From Candidatus Latescibacterota bacterium (GTDB taxonomy: Bacteria > Latescibacterota > UBA2968 > GCA-2709665): 64,000 nucleotides of DNA. The stretch lies in contig CAXXJS010000021.1 of NCBI GenBank assembly GCA_963662665.2, positions 77,087-141,086 on the forward strand. The letters are read 5' to 3'. Position 1 is the first letter of the stretch, and each line of letters begins with the position of its first letter. The translations under genes were made by a program, and so were the position numbers. Under the pieces are notes generated by a model. That model was given only the letters and a program-made list of their open reading frames with translations, ran no database searches and had not been told where the DNA came from. Positions 62,341-64,000 of the stretch are shown one piece after another.

Positions 62341-63647
62341 TTATAACTGCCTGTTCATTGAGTCCAGGAAGGCCTCGTTGTTTCTGGTGCCGGCCATCTT
62401 CTCCTTGAGGAACTCCATGGCTTCCAGAGCCGGCATCTGGTTGAGCAATCGGCGCAGGATCCAGACCCGGTTGAGTTCTTTATCATCGAGCAGCAGTTCC
62501 TCTTTTCGAGTTCCTGAAAGGGTTACGTCGATCGCGGGATAGATACGCCGGTTGCTCAACCGGCGGTCCAGTTTCAGTTCCATGTTGCCGGTACCCTTGA
62601 ATTCTTCGAAAATGACCTCGTCCATGCGGCTTCCGGTTTCGACAAGCGCCGTGGAAAGGATGGTGAGACTACCGCCTTCTTCGATGTTGCGTGCGGCGCC
62701 GAAGAAACGTTTTGGCCACTGCATGGCGCTGGAGTCGAGACCGCCGGTCAGGATGCGTCCGCTGTGGGGGACGACGTTGTTGTACGCACGCGCAAGGCGG
62801 GTAATGCTGTCCAGCAGGATAACGACATCCTGCTGATGTTCCACGAGTCGTTTGGCTTTTTCGATGACCATGTCCGCCACCTGCACATGTCGCGTCGGAG
62901 GTTCATCGAACGTGGAACTGATGACCTCGCCGTTGACGGACCTCAGCATGTCGGTGACTTCCTCGGGGCGTTCGTCTATCAGGAGAACAATGAGGATGAC
63001 TTCGGGGTGGTTCTCGGTGATTGCGTTGGCTATTTTCTGAAGCAGCATGGTCTTGCCGGTAAAGGGTGGGGCGACGATCATTCCGCGTTGACCCTTGCCG
63101 ATGGGGGTGAGCAGGTTCATGATTCGAGTTGAAAAGTCGTTCGAATCGTATTCCAGTTTCATGCGTTCGCTGGGATGAAGCGGTGTGAGGTTGTCGAAAA
63201 GGGTCTTCTGTTTGGCCAGTTCCGGATCTTCGAAGTTTACGGCTTCAACCCGAATGAGCGCGAAATATTTCTCGTCGTTCTTTGGTGGGCGAATCTGTCC
63301 GGAAATGGTATCGCCCGTGCGAAGATTGAAGCGTTTGATCTGCGAATGCGAGACGTAGATGTCGTCCGGACCGGGAGGTAATTGTAATTGGGCGACCGGA
63401 GGAAACCGAATCCGTCTTCCAGGATTTCCAAAACCCCTTTGGCCAATATCAATCCATTTTTCGCAGTCTGCGCCTGGATGATCGAGAAAATCAACTCCTG
63501 TTTTCTCAGACTTCCATAACTCTGGATCTCGAGGCCCTGGGCCAACCTTGCAAGTTCCGAAATGGTCATGTTCTGGAGTTCCAGTATCTCTACGCCACTT
63601 GCCCGGGGTGGAGACTTTGGAATTTCTCTGGTCGTTTCGGTTGCCAT
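62341..63647 (-). CDS. rho: Transcription termination factor Rho, with one apparent 1-base deletion at about 63373-63375
   Basis: [17 protein letters not shown] then [12 protein letters not shown] in another frame; [29 protein letters not shown]. Confidence 0.96.
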
Positions 63648-63899
63648 TGGCAGATCCAATTCGTTGAAGTTGCGGCGTGATCGATGCAGGTCGTCAATCT
63701 CTCATGAATTCCGGCCCGAAACTCAGGGAGCCGGAAGGAACGGCGGAAAAGCAAATCGTATGGAACTGTCGTTTCGGGCAATAGGGAGTGAATCGAGGAG
63801 GTTCGTGTATCTCGTGTATCTAAGGATACCTTAAAGCGAGGGGCCGTCTGTATGTGTGCGGTAACAAAGTGGGAAGGAAGCGTGAAAAATTACACAGAA

Positions 63900-63928
63900 A
63901 AAGTAATTCAAGCGGGGTGTGTTGTCAA
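63900..63928 (-). promoter_or_regulatory. Putative rho promoter with UP-like A-tracts
   Basis: TTGACA-17 bp-TACTTT on the minus strand, preceded by A-runs. Confidence 0.65.
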
Positions 63929-64000
63929 GTTTTTTCTTTATTTTTTCGGAAGATAGAGAAAATGTCATCCGATTGTAACGTGGGATCGATCCCGAATTTC

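Overview
GC-rich bacterial chromosomal window, mostly housekeeping genes. It contains nadA, trxA, holA, purM, folP, ftsH and tilS; a complete rrn operon (16S-tRNA-Ile-tRNA-Ala-23S-5S); an EF-G paralogue; the long yebC-ruvCAB-tsaB-rimI-holB-metG-tatD-rsmA-ilvE-proC-hisHF-proB-ftsB-recO-valS-PBP1A run; and secDF, a polyprenyl synthase, prmC, prfA, rpmE and rho. The divergent 16S, EF-hand/dockerin-like tail and heparinase-like genes suggest an uncultured FCB-group, Latescibacterota-like organism (inference). The most notable locus is a three-gene minus-strand operon at 11.7-14.9 kb: an exported TlpA-like CxxC redoxin, a DUF6029-like outer-membrane barrel with a C-terminal CxxxxC, and a gene that the ORF track splits at an in-frame TGA. 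That TGA lies exactly on the first Cys position of a redoxin motif (U-P-T-C), so the gene is a probable exported selenoprotein with Ig-like and EF-hand/dockerin-like domains. Together these genes are a candidate trans-envelope thiol/selenol relay. Other points: a glucuronokinase-like GHMP kinase paired with a degenerate GalU, three adjacent exported proteins that look like pseudo-enzymes, a heparinase II/III + aldolase island, nested ERIC-like MITEs, and unusual rRNA motifs. The homopolymer frameshifts in valS and rho are most likely long-read errors. All family calls come from motif recognition by eye; no searches were run.
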